A DNA stretch of 40,498 nucleotides from an uncultured Alphaproteobacteria bacterium (GTDB lineage: Bacteria > Pseudomonadota > Alphaproteobacteria > Caulobacterales > Caulobacteraceae), in the NCBI GenBank assembly GCA_903928755.1, contig CAIYSH010000222.1:1-40498 (forward strand), read 5' to 3'. The notes beneath the pieces were generated by a model. The model saw only the letters and a program-made list of their open reading frames with translations, made no database searches and was not told where the DNA came from. The position numbers were made by a program, and so were the translations under genes. Every line of letters begins with the position of its first letter. The first letter of the stretch is position 1. Below are positions 38,713 to 40,498 of the stretch, piece after piece.

Positions 38713-40032
38713 ATGCTCGAGAAATATTTCGGCCTCTCCGCCCAGGGGACCAATGTCCGGACCGAGGTTCTGGCCGGGGTCACCACCTTCATGACCATGG
38801 CCTACATCGTCCTGGTCAATCCCCTGATCCTGTCTGAAGCCGGCCTGCCCATAGCCGGGGTGGCTGCGGCGACGTGTGTTGCCGCTGGGATTGGATCCAT
38901 CCTCATGGGGCTGGTGGCCAATTATCCCATCGCCCTCGCCCCCGGCATGGGGCTCAACGCCTATTTTACCTATACCGTGGTCAAGGGCATGGGGGTTCCC
39001 TGGGAAACCGCCCTGGGCTGCGTGCTGATTTCGGGCCTGGTCTTCCTGGCCCTGACCCTGGCGGGGGTGCGCAAGATCATTGTCGAGGCCGTGCCCCGGC
39101 CCCTGTTCGCCGCCATTGCCGCCGGCATCGGCCTGTTCATCGCCTTCATCGGCCTGAAGGGTGCAGGCCTCGTGGTGGCCAATCCCGCCACGACGGTCAC
39201 ATTGGGTGATCTGAAGTCCCCCATGACCCTGCTGTCCCTGGGCGGCCTGGCCCTGACCGGTGCCCTTCTGGCCTGGCGGGTGCGGGCTGCGGTGCTGATC
39301 GGCGTCCTGGGCGTGACCCTCACGGCCTTTGTCCTGCACCTGACCCCGTTCAAGCCGGGCGCCTATGATCTGGCGGCCCTGACCACCACGGCCTTCAAGG
39401 CCGACCTGCCGGCGGCGCTTGGCCAGGGTGCGGGTGGCCTGTCCACAGCCATTCTGGAAATCATCTTCGTCTTCCTGTTTGTCGACTTCTTCGACAATCT
39501 GGGCACCTTGGTGGCGGTGACCAAGCGGGCGGGCCTGCAGGGGCCCGACGGCAATATCCCCCGCCTGAACCGCATCCTCCTGGCCGACTCCATCGCCACC
39601 ATTGTCGGGGCCACCGCAGGCACCAGCACCACGGTCAGCTATATCGAGAGCGCCACCGGCGTCGCCGCAGGGGGGCGCACGGGCCTCACCGCCGTGGTCA
39701 CCGGCATACTCTTCCTGATCACCCTCTTCATCGCGCCCTATGTCCAGCTGATCCCGGCCGCGGCCACGGCACCGGCCCTGATCCTGGTGGGTGGCATGAT
39801 GATTGCGCCCCTGGCCGAAACCGACTGGGCCGACCCGGTGGTGGCCATACCGGCCTTCCTCACCCTGACCATCATCCCGCTGACCTTCTCGATCGCCAAT
39901 GGCCTGGCCTTTGGCATTGTCAGCTATGCCGGCCTCAAGGTGCTGAAGGGCGGCCTCAAGCGCGAGGACATCGCCCTCTACGTTCTGGCGGCCCTGTTCA
40001 TCGCAAGGTTTGCCTGGACGGCGGCGGCGTAA
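38713..40032 (+). CDS. NCS2/AzgA family purine nucleobase permease
   Basis: E..AG.TTF.TMAYI..VNP, APGMGLNAYF, YIESA.GV..GGRTGL, P.TFSIA.G motifs. Confidence 0.94.
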   Translation: MLEKYFGLSAQGTNVRTEVLAGVTTFMTMAYIVLVNPLILSEAGLPIAGVAAATCVAAGIGSILMGLVANYPIALAPGMGLNAYFTYTVVKGMGVPWETALGCVLISGLVFLALTLAGVRKIIVEAVPRPLFAAIAAGIGLFIAFIGLKGAGLVVANPATTVTLGDLKSPMTLLSLGGLALTGALLAWRVRAAVLIGVLGVTLTAFVLHLTPFKPGAYDLAALTTTAFKADLPAALGQGAGGLSTAILEIIFVFLFVDFFDNLGTLVAVTKRAGLQGPDGNIPRLNRILLADSIATIVGATAGTSTTVSYIESATGVAAGGRTGLTAVVTGILFLITLFIAPYVQLIPAAATAPALILVGGMMIAPLAETDWADPVVAIPAFLTLTIIPLTFSIANGLAFGIVSYAGLKVLKGGLKREDIALYVLAALFIARFAWTAAA

Positions 40033-40076
40033 GACCGGCGCCCGCTCCGATAAGTGGGCACCCGGCGTAAGGACGT

Positions 40077-40105
40077 TTGCGCCCGGCGGACCTTTAAGCT
40101 AGAAG
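40077..40105 (+). promoter_or_regulatory. Putative housekeeping sigma70-type promoter for tRNA-Arg
   Basis: TTGCGC-N17-TAGAAG (GCTAGAAG resembles the Caulobacter GCTANAWC -10), ending 18 bp before the tRNA. Confidence 0.55.
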
Positions 40106-40123
40106 CGCCTTCCGCTTTAGCGA

Positions 40124-40200
40124 GCACCCGTAGCTCAGCTGGATAGAGCGTTGCCCTCCGAAGGCAAAGGTCACACGTTCGAATCGTGTCGGGTGCGCCA
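40124..40200 (+). tRNA. tRNA-Arg(CCG)
   Basis: 77 nt: acceptor stem GCACCCG/CGGGTGC, D-arm TAGCTCAGCTGGATAGAGC, anticodon stem TTGCC/GGCAA with CCG at 40158-40160, TTCGAAT loop, encoded CCA. Confidence 0.97.
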
Positions 40201-40350
40201 ATTTTCCCTGTTAAAACAGTGAATTAGCAGGCCAGTATGCACTGCGTCCCTGCGCCGTACGTAATGGGCAGGCACCGGGTCAGCACCTTATCTGGCGGCT
40301 AGAGGTAACCGGCATTCATCCTTGCGACGGTCGAGCCAGTTGCCTGCCGC

Positions 40351-40497
40351 TTAGGCGGCCAGGACTCGCGCGTCGCTAAGCCGGGCTCGAATCAAAGCTG
40401 CTATCTTTTCAGCCCGCGTCTTGGAATTGATCTGGTGGGCGGTTGCGTGGTGGCGGCGGCCGCCTACTTCCACAAGGTCCACGTGATAAGAGTCGCC
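40351..40497 (-). CDS. 3' end of a hypothetical protein entering from beyond the window
   Basis: Open frame ...GDSYHVDLVEVGGRRHHATAHQINSKTRAEKIAALIRARLSDARVLAA* ending TAA at 40351; uses codons rare in the core genes here (GTA, ATA, TTG, CGA). Confidence 0.45.
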   Translation of the reverse strand, partial: GDSYHVDLVEVGGRRHHATAHQINSKTRAEKIAALIRARLSDARVLAA

Positions 40498-40498
40498 G

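Overview
High-GC alphaproteobacterial chromosome, most consistent with Caulobacterales (Caulobacter/Phenylobacterium-like), and mostly core genes. The window contains the probable replication origin (about 2277-2859) in the conserved hemE / DUF299 intergenic position. The origin shows a perfect CtrA site, GANTC sites, nine TCCCC (W-box-like) motifs and a tandem DnaA-box / GC-spacer / DnaA-trio / AT-rich unwinding module. Left of it lie hemE-hemH-hemJ. Right of it lie DUF299-maf-aroE-coaE-dnaQ, secB, timA-mltA-smr, hisBHAFE with a PfkB kinase, a cyclophilin, nth, moeB, a 2-hydroxyacid dehydrogenase, an SH3 protein, fabA-fabB-fabI-ubiH-like, a probable sigma32 operon (cnoX-LonN-Trm112), polA, a P450, zf-CHCC and an ABC ATPase. 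Non-routine features: a 117-bp twin-hairpin intergenic element; a Tat amidohydrolase coupled to an LprI-like gene; an orphan 374-aa protein; a putative extracytoplasmic purine-scavenging cluster in which two adjacent genes each carry one lesion (a frameshift and an in-frame TAG); and tRNA-Arg(CCG) followed by what looks like an island boundary. All calls are from motif recognition and recalled family knowledge; no database searches were run.
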